The notes beneath the pieces are model-generated. The model did no database searches and was not told where the DNA came from. It worked only from the letters and a program-made list of their open reading frames with translations. Positions 13,781 through 28,969 of a stretch of 64,000 nucleotides of DNA are shown in pieces. Made by a program: the position numbers and the translations under genes. Source of the DNA: Okamejei kenojei (Eukaryota); the NCBI GenBank assembly GCA_035221665.1, contig CM069171.1:3658001-3722000 (forward strand). The letters are read 5' to 3'. Position 1 is the stretch's first letter; each line of letters begins with the position of its first letter.

Positions 13781-14756
13781 ATTTAATTGGCATTGTTCCA
13801 GATGGCTTACACAGTTGGTTCAGTTTTAAAATGGTGGCCAGGTAAAACTGAAATGCACTAGCTCAGGGCACATGAGTAGGCAAATTATGGACATGCTGAT
13901 AAAAACATTACCTCAATTGTACAGTGGTTTGCAATTTTGATTCTTGTAACCGAGAAATGGGTAGGTCACAGCAGGGAGAGGATGGCTTGTTTATGATTTT
14001 CATGTGTATTGCTAAGCATTTCTTGCTGTTTCAGATGGAAGCTGGTCTTAATGAAAATCCATTCAAAGGCATGGTTCTAGTTATAACCAATGTCGCCTCT
14101 TTAATTTTCTTGATTTGTGAAGGAAACTGGCAGAAGTTATTGTGTATAGTCCTGACCTGGTGATTGTATTGTATGCATTTGCTATCATCTTTTTATCAGC
14201 TAAATGCTATGCGTTTTGTGTGATTAGTACTGACCTGAAAGTGATTATCTCTGATTTTAGTTTGTAATTCCAGCCAGTTAAATCGACCTCTGTGGCACTG
14301 AGACTGTTGGATTAATATTGTTTGCGAAAGTTATTCACCCAAATGAAAAATTGTGAAATCTGCAGACTCCCTAGTTAAATGGATTTATTTTATGTATTTG
14401 AATTGAGTTTCTGTGCCTTTGACTGCTATAAGTATAATAATTATTAAGTGGTAACTTGGGTAAAATGGCCATCAAAGTGGAAATATTTATGTAGTGTGAT
14501 TTGTAGCATTGTGCTTTCTGAATACTTGCGACTGATTAAAAGTAATCATATAATCACTATTTTTATTTTGTCTGGTATTAAAAAGATGGTGTCAATAGAG
14601 CCTATAGTAGACCTGGTGTGTGGAGAATGCGAATTTTTCAGCAACCTCAAAGTTCAAGCAGAATGAACCTGTTCCATTATTGCAGATGAATCCCATAAAG
14701 TGATCTTCATGTGTAGAACCAAATTGCCATTTCTAGTATTGGTTTCTGATGTATGC

Positions 14757-15045
14757 TTGTTTAGTTTATAGATGGAGCTCGGAAACAGGCCCTTCGGCCC
14801 ACCAGATTAGCGACCCCCACACATTAACACGTACCTGCACACATTAGGGACAATTTACACTTATACCAAGTATAAAAACCAAGCCAATTGACCTACAAGC
14901 CTGTGTGTCTTTGGACTGTGGGAGGAAACTGATCTCGGAGAATGTAGGTGGGGAGATTGTACAAACTCCGTAGAGACAGCACCCATAGTTGGGATTTAAC
15001 CCAGGTCTCTGGCGCTGCAAGCCTCTACCACTGCGCCGCCATCCT
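14757..15045 (-). mobile_element. tRNA-derived V-SINE (HE1-like)
   Basis: Similar to the 25679 copy: V-domain, tRNA-like head, CR1-like tail. Confidence 0.75.
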
Positions 15046-15249
15046 ACCCCTAAAAAAAAACCGCGGAAAATCTGCTTTGTTATTTCACGTCTTAGTTGGG
15101 CAATTTTCTGAAAGATTCTTGTTTTATGAAAAATGTGGAAACTGTTCTGGTGAAGTTGGGAGTGAAATGTGAAGCGCTCTCCCTCAACTTCTTGTTTCAC
15201 TCATTCCTTCCTACCAAACCACCATCCCTTCCCCAGAAAGTGGAAAGCT

Positions 15250-15660
15250 TTATTTTGCATCCTATCCAAATAGATAAATAGAATCAAGTCGAACTCCAGT
15301 ACAATAGATGGAGCAAAGGGAAAGACATTGGGTGCAAAATGTAGTTCTCAGCATTGTAGCACATTAGTTCCATAGATAAAGTTCTATATCCTCAATAGAT
15401 GAAGGTGAATCGGACAGTTCCATGTAGTTCAGAGCTTATTTGAAGGTTGTAGTGTTTAAGACCCTGATGCTTGTTGGGAAGAAGCTGCTCTTGAATCTGT
15501 ACATTGGCTTTCGGGCTTCTATACCACCCTCCCAATGGCAGGAATGAAATGAGAGATGGTGTAGCTCTGCTGCTAGTTGCCTTTTTGAGGCAGTGACTCC
15601 TGTAGATCCCTTCGATGGTGGGGAGATCAATGCCCGTGATGGACTGGCCACTGCTTTTGC
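15250..15660 (-). mobile_element. Rex1/Babar-like LINE 3' fragment
   Basis: RFKSSFFPTSIRVLNTT in minus ORF; similar to 1294-1878. Confidence 0.7.
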
Positions 15661-15749
15661 AGCTCTTGATGTGATATTCTGTCCATCAGCAAGATCAAGC
15701 GCAGGTTAGGCAACTGTTTCATTCCATGATATCCCTTACTGTGGCTTTA

Positions 15750-15980
15750 CATTTAGCTTCTCTTCTTGCCTTATCTTACATTTGTTTGTCTCCTTTTATC
15801 CCTAACCTTTGTCCACACACCTACCTACCAAAAAAAACCCTTGTCTGTATCCACCTATCACTGATTGGGCTTTGACCTGTACCCACCTCTCTTCCAGCAT
15901 TTCCCCCTCACTACGATCAATCTGAAGGAGTGGTTCGATCTTAAACGTCACCTATCCATGTCCTCTAGAGGTGCTGCCTC
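15750..15980 (+). mobile_element. Old Penelope-like 3' end
   Basis: Pyrimidine-rich UTR followed by tctgaaggag...aaacgtcacctatccatg...tgctgcc. Confidence 0.55.
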
Positions 15981-17627
15981 CCTTGTATTGTGGTGTCAAT
16001 CCTCTTTCCTTAATTACTAATTCATTCAAAGCACCTAAACATTAAGTTCAAGTGCAGTTGCAGTTCCAACTCCACAATCTAGCCATTCCCTAAAAGAACA
16101 GACCTACTCAGCCCATTTCTTTCAATTCTCCTTTGGCCTTGCCCCACATGCAATTTTCTGCGCCCATTTTTTGCTTTGATTCTCCAACTCTGGTTTTCAA
16201 TGAGTGCTTTCTTGTGCTCCCAATTCTAATGCAGCCATTGTTTGTATTAGTTATGGAAATCCTCATTTGCTTCCTTCAAATCCTTTACCAAATTTTAAAT
16301 CTTTAATCCATCTTGTCAACTTATTGTATCTTCCTTCATTGGCTTGTTTGAATTCCTTGTCCTTAAATAGTTGTGAAACATTTTTTAAGTGCATTTGAGA
16401 ATACATTTGCAATGTTTATGTGCAACTTCACATCAATAAAGCAGTGCCGGGATTGACTTGAACTGAGTGGACCATTATTCTCAAGGTTTTCTCATGTTTT
16501 GCTTCAGAATTGGCTTGTGATCTCAATTTTTTTTTACACATTATATAAAGCCAGTTCCAGCTTTGTGTGATTGAATTTGTGGAATGCAAATTGGCTATAA
16601 ATGTTTCTATGGTCTAGAGAATTTGAATCCAGGAAGTAGTGTGTGGGTTTTGAGGACAGAGAGCACATCTTGAAATTAAGGATGTCAAAAGAAAATAAGA
16701 TTTAAAAGGGAATGGTGTGAAATAGTGAGATTTTACTTTGATTCTTATTGAAGGGAATGCAGACATCCAGATTGAATTTGCAATAGAAGTTGAGTGGTTT
16801 GGAGTGTTGCTGTGAAATTATGTTCTTTAAGTCTCTGCATGTATTGGTCCATCCACACCCCTCAGGGAAGATGAATGGGCAAAGATCTTCCACCCTCTGC
16901 ATATAAAACCTTCTCTATATGAAACTGACATCCCTTTTATCCTCAGATATCTTGACCGGGGAAACTCCCTCTCTGCTTGTCAAGTGCTTTAAGAGCTTTG
17001 TAAACTTCAATGAAAGCTTCTTGTGGTCTTGGCTCTAGAGAATGCAAGCATAATCTCCTTGATCTTTCCTCTTGCATTAAACGTAACATTATTGAAATCA
17101 GAGTATTTGCTCGATCTTTTCCTTTGGCATGTATATCCTTTATGAGTAAGGAGACAAACTGTACACAATATTCCAGTGCAACAGTTGTAAAATATAGACA
17201 GTTCTGCTATAATGTCAATTGCGTTCCTGAAACTATGTTATTGAAAATCAAGTTACAAAGACAATTATCAATGGGGGGGGGAAAGGAAAGAGGTGACTAG
17301 GGGTTAGTTTCAGATTTGAAATTATATTTCACGCAGGATTGTCAAAAATAAGCCTGTTCTATAACAATACGTTTATTTTATTTACTGTCATCTACAAATA
17401 CTAAAGGCTGTATGCAGGAGACTTGGAACTGTGGACATTGCAATCTTGAGCAAATGGGAGCAAAACTCAGTTACATATAATAGAGAATATATACAGTTGC
17501 ACAAGTGTCAATAGAAGTGATTGTCAATTACAATGGCCACACACAGTTAAAGTTGCAGCTGTATTCTTAAGAGACAGTGGTTATATGATTATTGCAGAGA
17601 GGTTACATGGAAATGTTTTTTTCTGTT

Positions 17628-17835
17628 TCAAGGAATTGCAGATGTTGGTTAACAACAAATACAGTGCTGGAATAACTAACTCAGTGGGCCAGGCAGATTC
17701 TCTGAACGACATGCGTAAATGACATTTTGAGTTGAGACCTTTCTTTAGACTGGTCCTAAACTAAAATATAGTTTATCCATGTCCACTAGCAATGCTGCCC
17801 AACCTGCTGAGTTGCTCCAGCAGTTTGTATTCTGC
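17628..17835. mobile_element. Old Penelope-derived fold-back insertion
   Basis: aaggaattgcagatgttgg...gagacctttc / ...tgctgcccaacctgctgagttgctccagc. Confidence 0.6.
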
Positions 17836-18293
17836 ATAATGTCCAAGTGGTTTTCTAGTACCCAATCAAAATTATTGTTCTAACCAATTTGGGCCTGCGT
17901 TGTGCTCGCTGTTCCCTAATTCATCACTCGTTGTGTCCAATTTGTTATGGAAATGCTTGTTATAGCAGAACTTGCACACTATAACTCTTTCCATCTGGAG
18001 GTGGTTGATATAGAACACTGCACTTCCTAGTATCCGGTTGTAAAATTTAAATTCATCTGGAAATCTCAGATGAACACCAATGAATTGTTGCAAGAAGCAT
18101 GTTTGTAAATGTTTGTAAATGTCCTGCAGGGAAGCAACCTGTTATTATGAAATGGGCATCAAGTCAACCATTAGTTTGAATCGCACCAACTGTAATTGTA
18201 TTGAATGGCGAGAACGGAGTTCCCACAAGTGGAGCATAAAGATAAGATACAAGCCTGGCTCACATTAATAATATGAATTTTTTGTGTATCTAA

Positions 18294-18578
<285 letters not shown>

Positions 18579-19669
18579 TAATGTATTTGATCAAGGTTAA
18601 TTGATAATGAATCTGATTTTATTCTTGAGATAGTCTTGGATTTTCCTGTGCTTTATACATATAATGTTTTCTACAGAAAGACAATGTTTTTTATCACCCT
18701 TATGACAATGATCCAAGCTACTTGGGGAAATTTGGCAAATATTGACAAATATCAATGCTAAACTAAGTACAAAATGATATTTTAGTTTGAAGGATGAGAA
18801 TATTTTGTTTTAATAAAATGTAACCACAATAAAGCAAGTAAGACTGGTTTTTGAATATAGCTGAGTGCATACAGCTTAGGTTTGTGGAATGATTATTTGT
18901 TTTTGTCTAAATGATGTAAAGCCCAAACTTGCTAAACTATTACTATTTTATGGCAAACTATTTTGTAGATATTCAAAAACTTGGCAACTTTTAAAAACAA
19001 AGCAAAAGCAAAATAAATTGCACTGGAGTTTGCTTACTGTTTCTTAAACTTGCAAAATAGATAATTTGAGAATTCTTTGAATGTAATTTATTTCCTAGTC
19101 CTAAAAAAACTCCTTCTGTAATTTTTTCTTCTTCCATTGATCAGTTTAACTTGGCCCGCAATATGACATTTGATAAATACTGCCTTCTCAGTCAGGAGTT
19201 GGTTCCTTCCCTCTGGAATTTTAGGACAAGGTTGTAATGAGTTCTGGGTTACAGTGATTCCAGCTAATTCTTAATTGAGTATCATTGTATATGTTATTGA
19301 TAAGTGTTCGATAGCAAAATCGCCATTTTAAAGTCGTGACATTTGATAAAGTTTTAAGGCAGCAATTGTTTGGTCTGGTTTTTGTCTCATGTTTTTTAAA
19401 TGAGCAGGGCAGTTTTCCACGTTGTTTGGATAAATGAGAGGTGCTGTACTGATGCCAGTTGGATGGAGGCACTGCTAGTTTGATTACAGCTGGGGTGTTT
19501 GCAACAATTTTTACTGTGTACGGTGTATGGAACTGTTTTTGATATAAAGTGAATCGGTTAGCTTTTATGATCATGGCAATATCAAGGAGATAGATTGCCC
19601 ATTTTAGTGTTCCTCAATGAATTATTTCCAACAATTGTAGCCTTTTCTTTGAGCTTGTACTCAGTCATA

Positions 19670-20060
19670 TATCACAGAGTCAAGCTCTTTGGTCCAACTC
19701 GTCTATGTTGACCAAGATGCCCCATCTAAGCTAGTCCCATTTGCCAGCATTTGACCTATATCCTCCAAACATTTCCTATCCATGTAGCTGTGCATGTGTG
19801 TTTTAAATGCTGTTATGGTACATGTCTCAAGTACCTCTTCTGGCAGCTTGTTCCCATACCCACCACCCTCCGAGTGAAATTCCCCTTGGGTTTGTATTAA
19901 ATCTTTGTATTAAACCCATAAACATATGTCTTTTTTTTTATTTCTCCTATCCCTGGTAAAAGACTGTGCATTCACCCTATCCCCCTTGTGATTTTATATA
20001 TTTTTATAAGATCACCCGTGTGCTTCAACAAATAAAGCCCTAGCCTCCCCCACCTTCACC
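19670..20060 (-). mobile_element. CR1-type LINE 3' fragment
   Basis: Reverse-complement similarity to 54875-55345. Confidence 0.7.
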
Positions 20061-20272
20061 TCTCTGGTCATACACAAATGACCTCTTTGGTTTCTGAGGG
20101 GCCCTATTCTCTAGTTATGTGACACAGGAATGACAAGCTTTAAGCTGATCTCCATAAAATGCAAATTTTGCTTTTGCGCAAGTGTGTAGCTATCTCGTGG
20201 TTTGGGACTTTTTTCTAGAAACAAAGGTTGATTTTTTTTTTTTTTTTTAATGCCTCGAGAGACAGCAAATAG

Positions 20273-20320
20273 TCTGTAGCAGGGTCACAACTTGAATCTG
20301 TAGCAGGGTCACAACTTGAA
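20273..20320. repeat. Perfect 24-bp tandem duplication
   Basis: tctgtagcagggtcacaacttgaa x2. Confidence 0.9.
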
Positions 20321-21524
20321 ATATGGGCTATCTGTGCTACATGTCCCACTCAAGTTCCTCCAGTAGTTTGCTTTATGCTCTTGATCCCTTGTCTTAATGA
20401 CAGTAGCAGAGCAAGTGATATTCTGGACTGTGAAGTTAGAGTATGATGGTTCTGCTGGTAGCCTGCAACACCATGTGTACATTTATTACCTGGATTTGTT
20501 ATGAATGTCCCATTTACCACAATAGTGAAGCCACGTAATGGAGAGTATCCTAGGTGTCGATGGGACGGGGATTCTTATTGTTATTAATAGCTGTATGTAT
20601 CTGTTTTGGATAGACTGAGGCGTTTTGTCTTCTGTCACTGGTTGTTGCAGGCTGTGTCTATGTATGCTTCAGGGCTTGATTCGATTTGGTGCCATCAAGC
20701 TATTCCCGGTAATGAGCATCTTTGAGCCTGCCAGAATCGTTCCCTGTTCTTTGTATATTATTCTGTACCTCTGACTAGTGTGTTTTACCGCTGGGACGAG
20801 ACAGGATATTACATGAGGAGCATTGGAATCTGGAATTTTGGCACAAATACAATGTTCTGAATATTACAGTGTGGGGCTATTTCTTGTCTCGTCTGTGGTA
20901 CAGCTTGCGCTATACAGACACGCACCCACGTAATGTTGGGGATGAGAGATGGAATGTGTTTTACTGAATTTTCAATGTATTTTTATGCCAGTGTCTATGC
21001 AAAGGGGTCTGTATTCTGTCCTATAGTTTGTGGCCTGCTGCAATGAAATGGTCCATTAGACCATTTTCTAGGATGCAATTAATGTTGACCATAATCTTGT
21101 GAGGGAAGGGTTAACATGACAAAGTGAGGGCAAACAAATTCCCTTACTGGACATCAGTGAAACAATGACATTTTAGGATTTCATTATCTTTATGATCCCA
21201 TTATACTGTCCTTTTAATTAAGTTGTTATTTAATTAAATTGCCCATTTGCTTTGGGATTTGAAGTTGCAGATCTCAACCTTTGGATGCAAACCTAATGTG
21301 AGCACAGTGGAATTATAGGATTAATTGGCTGGGACAAGGAAAATCAAATTTTCTATAATTTATTAAGCATTTTGTTGTTCTGTGCCTGAGCGACAAGAAA
21401 TATTTAAATTTTGCATCTGTTAAGTTTATTCCTTTCCTCAATTCTTACCATTGGCAATTGGGCCTTGAAACTGAAATCTTGTCATATTTATTAGAAATCT
21501 AATCCAGCTTGTTAACTTTATTCA

Positions 21525-21617
21525 GTCTGAAGAAGAGTCTCGACCCGAAATGTCACCCATTCCATTTCTCCAGAGATACGGCCTGTCCCTCTGAGTTACT
21601 CCAGCATTTTGTCTACC
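21525..21617 (+). mobile_element. Penelope-like 3' fragment with 12-bp TSD
   Basis: taacttYattca at 21513-21524 and 21618-21629. Confidence 0.78.
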
Positions 21618-21814
21618 TAACTTCATTCAACATTGTTTTGAAAATGTTTAAGATTCTTGGCCTTGTTTAGCTGATTTGATGCAAAAAAAAATGCTTGAGA
21701 AAACTAAAGAATGCAATTGACCAAACACTGCAGAAGTTTTGAAAGCTGGGGCAGCTGAGGATATTTGGAATAATTGATTAAGCCATAATTTATTAAGTAG
21801 TAAATAGTTCCGTT

Positions 21815-22140
21815 TTGATTATTGGTTCATGTCCTGCTCCGAAGATGAGCATAAAAATCTAAACTGACATTTCTTTGTAGGCTGAGTGAGCATGAATTAT
21901 TAAATTGAGTCAATTATTAAATAGAGGCTCTATCTTTCCTTCAGTTGGTTGTAAAAAGTCCCATGGTGTGACTTTCAGTACTGGAGCCAATACTTACAAC
22001 TGCCTTTTATAGAAAAAGTCTAACTTTGGGAGCTTGCTGTGTATAAATTGGTTGTCTTATTTCCTACGATACAATTATACTTAAATTATTGTACCAATGA
22101 AATATTGTAGGATAACCTCGGCTTGAAGAAAGGCACTAGA
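21815..22140 (+). mobile_element. Ancient DeuSINE (SacSINE1/AmnSINE1-like), degenerate
   Basis: tgggagcttgctgtgtataaattggttgtcttatttcctac resembles the Deu core as recalled; B-box-like ggttcatgtcc upstream and gaaaggcacta tail. Confidence 0.55.
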
Positions 22141-22439
22141 AGCTCTGTGTGGTTTATTTCCTAGTCCTTGTTTTCACTGACCACTGCAGTAGCTGCTATA
22201 TCTGTGGAACTTCTACTTCTGGGATAAATGAAGTTTCCAAAAATCAATGGTATTAACATGTAATGTTTTTGTGCTCTGGTTTCCTAAATATTATTTACCA
22301 TTTTATTTATCTGCACCTGTAAATTGTCCTTAGTAGTTTTGTTAAACTAAAGGATCTGATTGCTGGATGTTACTATATTAATGCAAGTTTGCAGAATCTT
22401 GCAGAACTTTTGTAAGAACAATATTCAATCTTTCCCCAG

Positions 22440-22559
22440 GAGAGCGATTACCTAAACCAGAACGTGGAAAAATGAGGGTGCATAAAATAAATAATGTCAA
22501 CAAGGCTTTGGACTTTATTGCGTCCAAAGGGGTGAAGCTAGTTTCCATTGGAGCAGAAG
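22440..22559 (+). CDS. ACTN4: ACTN4 exon 3 (120 nt), CH1
   Basis: tttccccag|GA...GAAG|gtaag; [40 protein letters not shown]. Confidence 0.97.
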
Positions 22560-24239
22560 GTAAGAGAATTGTTTTCCGTCTACATAATATTGTATAAAGC
22601 TTCTGAAACCAAGTGGTGCGGAATTCGGGATTTTCAAACTTTCACGGAGATATGCATTCCTTTCGATTAAAATTTGTTTTCTGAGAACTGGACTTGGCAG
22701 CTTATCACAGGGTCTTTAAAATCATGTTGATGACATTTGGTTTGTCGTGAACCATTAAAACATGCTAAATAGTCTGTATCATTGTTCTTTGTGAAGCTTT
22801 TTTCTCTGCCTAGTTGCATACGGTTGTCTTGTTTTGGCACTTGGTTCCGCACTTTTAAATATTCCAAATGGCTAATCTCGATTGATAGCCTGAAAAGTTG
22901 GTGAATTTAACTGTTGAAAGAAAGTCAATAAATATAGTAACAAATATACGACACAACTCCCGGGTGCTGGTGATAAATGTATAGCAGACAATATTTATTC
23001 CTCATTGCTTGTATGGTAAGAATCCATTACAGAAACTCAGATGTGGCACATGGTTTGAATTTTCCAATGTCTGTAAATTCTATATAAATGATTTGAGGGA
23101 GGATGAATAGAAGTTTTAAATAGCTTTTATATAATTCAAGAATATTCTTTTGACATTTTTTTGGTGCATAATATTATCTGTATTACCATAAGGAAAACAT
23201 TATTTATTGTCAAATGGTACTATAGAACATTAGAATGTATGTCGTAAGATTTAGAGGAAAGTTGAACATCAAACCAATGCTAGTTTGTCATTAAGCATTT
23301 TGCCCAAGTTCCTTTATGGAAGTCCCAGATGACTCTTACAAAATTGCATAATAAGTGATTTAAAGTTATTGTAGGTAGACACAAGTAAATAAAGTTGCTT
23401 GTTGCAAGTAATGTGGCAATAGTTGGATTAAAAATCTGAATCTCATTTTGAAATGTTGATTTTTGGCTAAAGCATTTTCTAATTTGCATTTCTGGGTTGT
23501 TTTGAAAGTGTTTCTTGACCTCAATTGTATAACAATTGTTGCTTGCAGTCAATGAAATGCTGCCATTTAAGTGTATGGAAACGCTAATTTGCCCATAACA
23601 GCAAATGATGGCTAAATGATCGCAACCATTTGGAATGGAGATAGTTGAGTGGTACATTGGCCATTCTGCTAGGAGAAATGGCTTTTGATTGTGCCTCCCA
23701 AAAGCAGTGAAGGTCTTGTCCCAGAGGTGATATCTCCAACAATGTAGTTTTGTTGTACTTGTGTTAGCTAGATTATGTGTTCATCCTGGAATGAGGCCAA
23801 TAATTATGGGATTTAACCAGGGTAATCGTCACAGGTTATTGTAACGTGACACCTGTTCCAGAATTCCACACAGACAGCGGTAGGATGGGGTCCTAATATC
23901 AAAAAGTCACAATATCTCCAACAATGCAGAAGGGTACCACATTAGAATATAGTTATATTGGAATGGAATTTAGATTCCCCAATTTGTTTCATATCCATAA
24001 ATATTTTGGTGTCATTAAGATTCTTCTCTCTTTTTCCAGTTTTTGGCCAAAATTGATTTACTATTTGGGATTCGTAATTGTATAAATATTGGTTTATTTT
24101 GGGTTGTTCCAGCATTGCACTAATGATCTGGTGCGAACGATATGTTTATTCTTTTGATGTTTCTACGTATCAAGTCGTGGTCGTGGCACAAAATCACAGC
24201 TGACATTGCCACAGCAGCACTGTAGAGGTTTTGAGTAAG

Positions 24240-24870
24240 TGTTTATACAGCACAAAAATAAGTCCAAGTTACTGAGCTGAGCTTTTCCCTCTTGTCTGCG
24301 TCTGGCCTATATCCCTCCATGTACCTGCCCAAGTGTCTTTTAATTGTCATAATTGTACCTGTCTTCACCACTCTCTCTGTTGTCCCATTTCATTCATCGC
24401 CCTCAGTGAAGAAGAAATTGCCTCATCTGGTTCTTTCTAAATCTTTCTCTTCTCGCCTTAAACCTTTCCCTGTTAGTCTTTTCCCCAGCTTAGGGGAATA
24501 AAACTAACAATCGACCAATCAATATCTCTCATGTTTTTAATAAACCTCTAAGGTACCCCCCAAGGGAAAAAAACCCAGGCCACTAGCCTCTCCTTGTAAC
24601 TCCTGGTACCGACCTCCAGTGTATGCACCTTTTGATCCTTCCTATAGCAGGGCAACCAGAACTCCATATAGTACTCCAAGTGTGACCATATCAACATGTC
24701 ATTCCAACTTCTGTACTCAAGATGCTGACTAAAGGTAAGAGTACCAAATGCCCTTGCCTATATGTCAACATGTGTGTCATTTTCATGCAACAATGTTCCT
24801 GCACCCCTGGGTGTCTCTGTTCTACAATACTCCCCAGAGCCCTACCATTTACTGTGCAAGTTTTGCCCTG
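24240..24870 (-). mobile_element. CR1-type LINE fragment, degenerate
   Basis: Minus translation GKTCTVNGRALGSIVEQRHPGVQ resembles the CR1 RT C-terminal motif (yNG..L..V..qrDLGV). Confidence 0.7.
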
Positions 24871-24893
24871 GTGAAGGAATTTTGCAAGAGGCA

Positions 24894-24983
24894 CAAAATG
24901 CTGGAGTAACTGAGCAGGTCAGGCAGCATGTATGGAGAGCATGGATAGGTAACATTTCAGGTCGGGACCTTTCTTCAGACTGA
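24894..24983 (-). mobile_element. Penelope-like 3' fragment with 12-bp TSD
   Basis: ttgcaagaggca at 24882-24893 and 24984-24995. Confidence 0.78.
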
Positions 24984-25224
24984 TTGCAAGAGGCATCTCA
25001 TTCACCACATCTATGTTATGCTTTCACATGGCCTGGTTCTTTAAGAAAAACAAAACCAACAGTGCGAAGTTTCTAAACACTAGTCTACTGTATGGAGGGA
25101 GCTCTGTTCAGTAAAGATAAAATATAGGAATTCAGTAGCAACTTTAAAACTCCTCCTTGTGGTTAAAACCATGAAAGAACAAATTGAGACTTGGACTAAT
25201 TATTTATTAGGTTGAAGTTGCTGA

Positions 25225-25470
<246 letters not shown>

Positions 25471-25678
25471 TGATGAGCAGATTAGTCTGAATTCTTGTGT
25501 GCATAATGAGCAAGAATCCTTTTATGCTATCAATACTATGCTTGGCTTTTGAAGTGAAAATTAACCATGTCGTGTTCATAAACTTTATCATCTTGACTCA
25601 CAAATCTTATTGCGGTCTGCCACCTAGTAGGTTTTGGTACACCATACCTGCTAGGTATTGTCTCATTCGTCCTGGACA

Positions 25679-25977
25679 GAGTTTAGCTTATAGATACAGT
25701 GCGGAAACGGGCCCTTCGGCCCACCGGGTCCGCACCAACCAGCGATCCCCGCACATTAACACCTATCATACGCACAATAGGGACATTTTACACTTATACC
25801 AAGTCAATTAACCTATATGTCTTTGGAACGTGGGAGGAAACCGAAGATTTCGGAGAAACCCACACGGTCACAGGGGGAAGGTACAAACTCTGTACAGACA
25901 GCACCCGTAGTCGGGATCGAACCCGGGTCTCTGGCGCCGTAAGGCAGCAACTCTACCGCTGAGCCACTGTGCCACCC
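25679..25977 (-). mobile_element. tRNA-derived V-SINE (HE1-like), near full length
   Basis: Minus strand A box TGGCTCAGCGG and B box GGTTCGATCC, V-domain (gagtttgtaccttcccc...ggtttcctcccac), CR1-like tail. Confidence 0.85.
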
Positions 25978-26877
25978 TTAAATATTTCAAAAATCTTCTG
26001 GAGTTGTGAATGTCAGAGCAACAACGTAGGAATGGAATAAATATTTCCGTGTTCCCATTGGTAAATTACCAATTTTGAAAGGCTTGGCAAAATATCAGAA
26101 TAATTGGTCATTCTTAAGGATGTGTTGTGCAGGGGAGTGGAAGGCTTCAATTGTTATCCTAGCCTGTGTAACTGCTTAACTTGCTCATTTAGTGTTGTTT
26201 GTTGCAGATTTAATAATCGCAAATTAGAAATTATTGAAACAATGTTGGCAGCCATGTTAATTAATTTCACTAGTCAGATAAAACATGCTGTTGGATACAA
26301 AATGGACATAAAATTTTGAGTGTACTCAGTCCTAATTAAAGTTTTTAAACTAGTGAGTGATTTTTGAACTGTTGCCAATTTCGGTTCTGTTAGGTGTAAA
26401 TAGCATTTTCATAGACTTTTTAAAAACAATAGGAAGCTGGATAGTTTTTGGTCGACTGTAATTTACGGATATCAACTTTTCCCAAATTTCGACTAACACT
26501 CTAATTCTGAAGGATTACAACAATCAGTCGTTAAATATTAAGCAACTTTTAATTCTTCTCTCTGGGTTGAGAGAGCTGGCAGCCTTTATCTTCGGATGAG
26601 ATTTTGTGTCACTACAAGGCGGATGTGTTTCATATTAAGTGACACCTTGAAACTCTTTTGAAACTTGATGCTGACAAAGCAATTATTGGCTTGGCAGCAT
26701 GTAATTTAAAATTTTCTGTCCCACATTCAAACTTGTAGGTATTTGGGTGTTTCCAACCACCAGTTTTGCTGGTAGTTGCAAACCAAGATTCTACATTTTA
26801 CTTAATTTTAAGCACTCTGTTTCGTTGTTGTGCACCTTTTATGGTTCAGCAGTTCTAATGGTTGTTTTTGCTCCTGA

Positions 26878-26976
<99 letters not shown>

Positions 26977-28648
26977 TAATGTGTGCAGCATAATGAATCA
27001 CTTATTCGCTTGGTGTGGGTGGAGGGGAGGGGGAAGGAAAGTGATCTCTTAAACTGGAGCGATAGATAAAAGCAGACTTGTAGCTAGCCTTTGTAGTCGT
27101 CATATCTGTTACGTGAATCCTGTTATTAATGTTCTTGCAAGCTCTGGATATTTTATACAGCTGCTGTTCATTTGAACGCTTGAGTGCCCTTAATTTTCAC
27201 AATAGCAGCATATCTCTAAACTTTGCCTCCGAGGTGGAAGGTGTAAATTTCGATTGTAAAAGATTTGTTTAAAATATATGCTATGATTGAATACACCTTA
27301 ATTAGGTTCAGTTGGTATGCAACCACATCTACATTCATACTTTGCACTTGTTTGTTCCCTTTTTATAGCAGATATATCAATAATGACATTGTCACTTAGC
27401 GTTTGGTTAAAATTTTGCATAACTTGTGGTTGAATATTTTCAGTTTATTGTGGCCACTGCAAATAAGTAACACGGAGACAGATAATTGTACCTATTTTCA
27501 ATAGTACCAATTGGAGCAAGAATTTAATTCTATCAAACTCTAATGGGTTAGATCAAAAGAAATGCTGTACCAGATAGGTTTGTGAAAGTTTGCTATTTGG
27601 CACTGCTTATTCTTACAATATCTCGGCATCAGTTTTTACATCTCTTTATAAGCTGGTTTTAGCCTCACATTGTCATTTGTATTTTTCATTTTAAGATGCC
27701 ATGGTCTGCCACAAATGCTTCTTTGCGAGGGCTAATTCCGTTGTCAAACTTACTCTAGATTTATGGGTCCCTCATTTTTGACTTCCCATCCAAAGGAAAT
27801 GGTCTTTCCATATTACTGCTCTCGCCTTTCACTGTTTTTAAAACGTATAATATAAAACCTATTTGGTTTCTCAACTCCATTGGAAAGTGTTCCAGTGCTT
27901 CAAATTTGATTTTTTTTTAATACTTTGTAGTTTTATTCTAATACCATTTCATATAACAGTAGATTTATAACTTTAAGATCATTTCTCATTTACAATATTG
28001 CTGCTCCCTGGGCCTTAATTTCTGAAGTAAAAATATCATTAGCATTGTATAATAGAGCCTTTTTGTATTAGTTACCATTCATGCGGGTTTTTTCCCCCAT
28101 TTTAATGTTGCCATAATTCTGTTTAACAACCAGTGCATGCAATCTTGCTTCTCCAGGTATAAAGTACTATTCTAATACAAATTTGGACTTTTGGCATGGC
28201 CTGTCAAGATATGAACTTATTGTAAAGTTTTATGAAGGACACAAAGTTAATGCAGCCTTTCTGCAAGCATACTGAGGGAATTGGGCTATTTACATCAGAG
28301 CTGTTTTGGAAAGGATCTTCCCGTGGGAGGCAGCTCTACGATAAAAGGCTAACATTTCTGTGCACATTTCTGTTAACTTTCAATGGGCTCTTTAGATGGG
28401 TTAGTGCAGTGCGTTGACCCAGGAGTTAATTTCATGGGACAAGTGTTTCCAGAAAAAGTTGAGCTTAATGGAATTGCACTTAAATTATAAATAGGTTTCC
28501 GCAGTGAATGTATTCATTGAATTTATTTTTCCTTCCCTTGGTGTAGAGCCCCTCAAACTACTTCTGTAACTATAATAGCTTTAACATATCCCAAAGTACT
28601 TTTTGAAATAGCTAATGCGGAACCTTTGTAGCTGTTCGATTGAAATAA

Positions 28649-28873
<225 letters not shown>

Positions 28874-28969
28874 TAATTTACTGACTAATCTAGCAAGCCT
28901 GGACTCGACTCTGAAGTTTAATTTCAATTACAATTCTTGAATTTTTAGAAAAGTCATGATCACAAAACT

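Noticed and set aside
25890-25977. tRNA gene
   Set aside because: A and B boxes belong to the tRNA-derived head of a V-SINE; no full cloverleaf.
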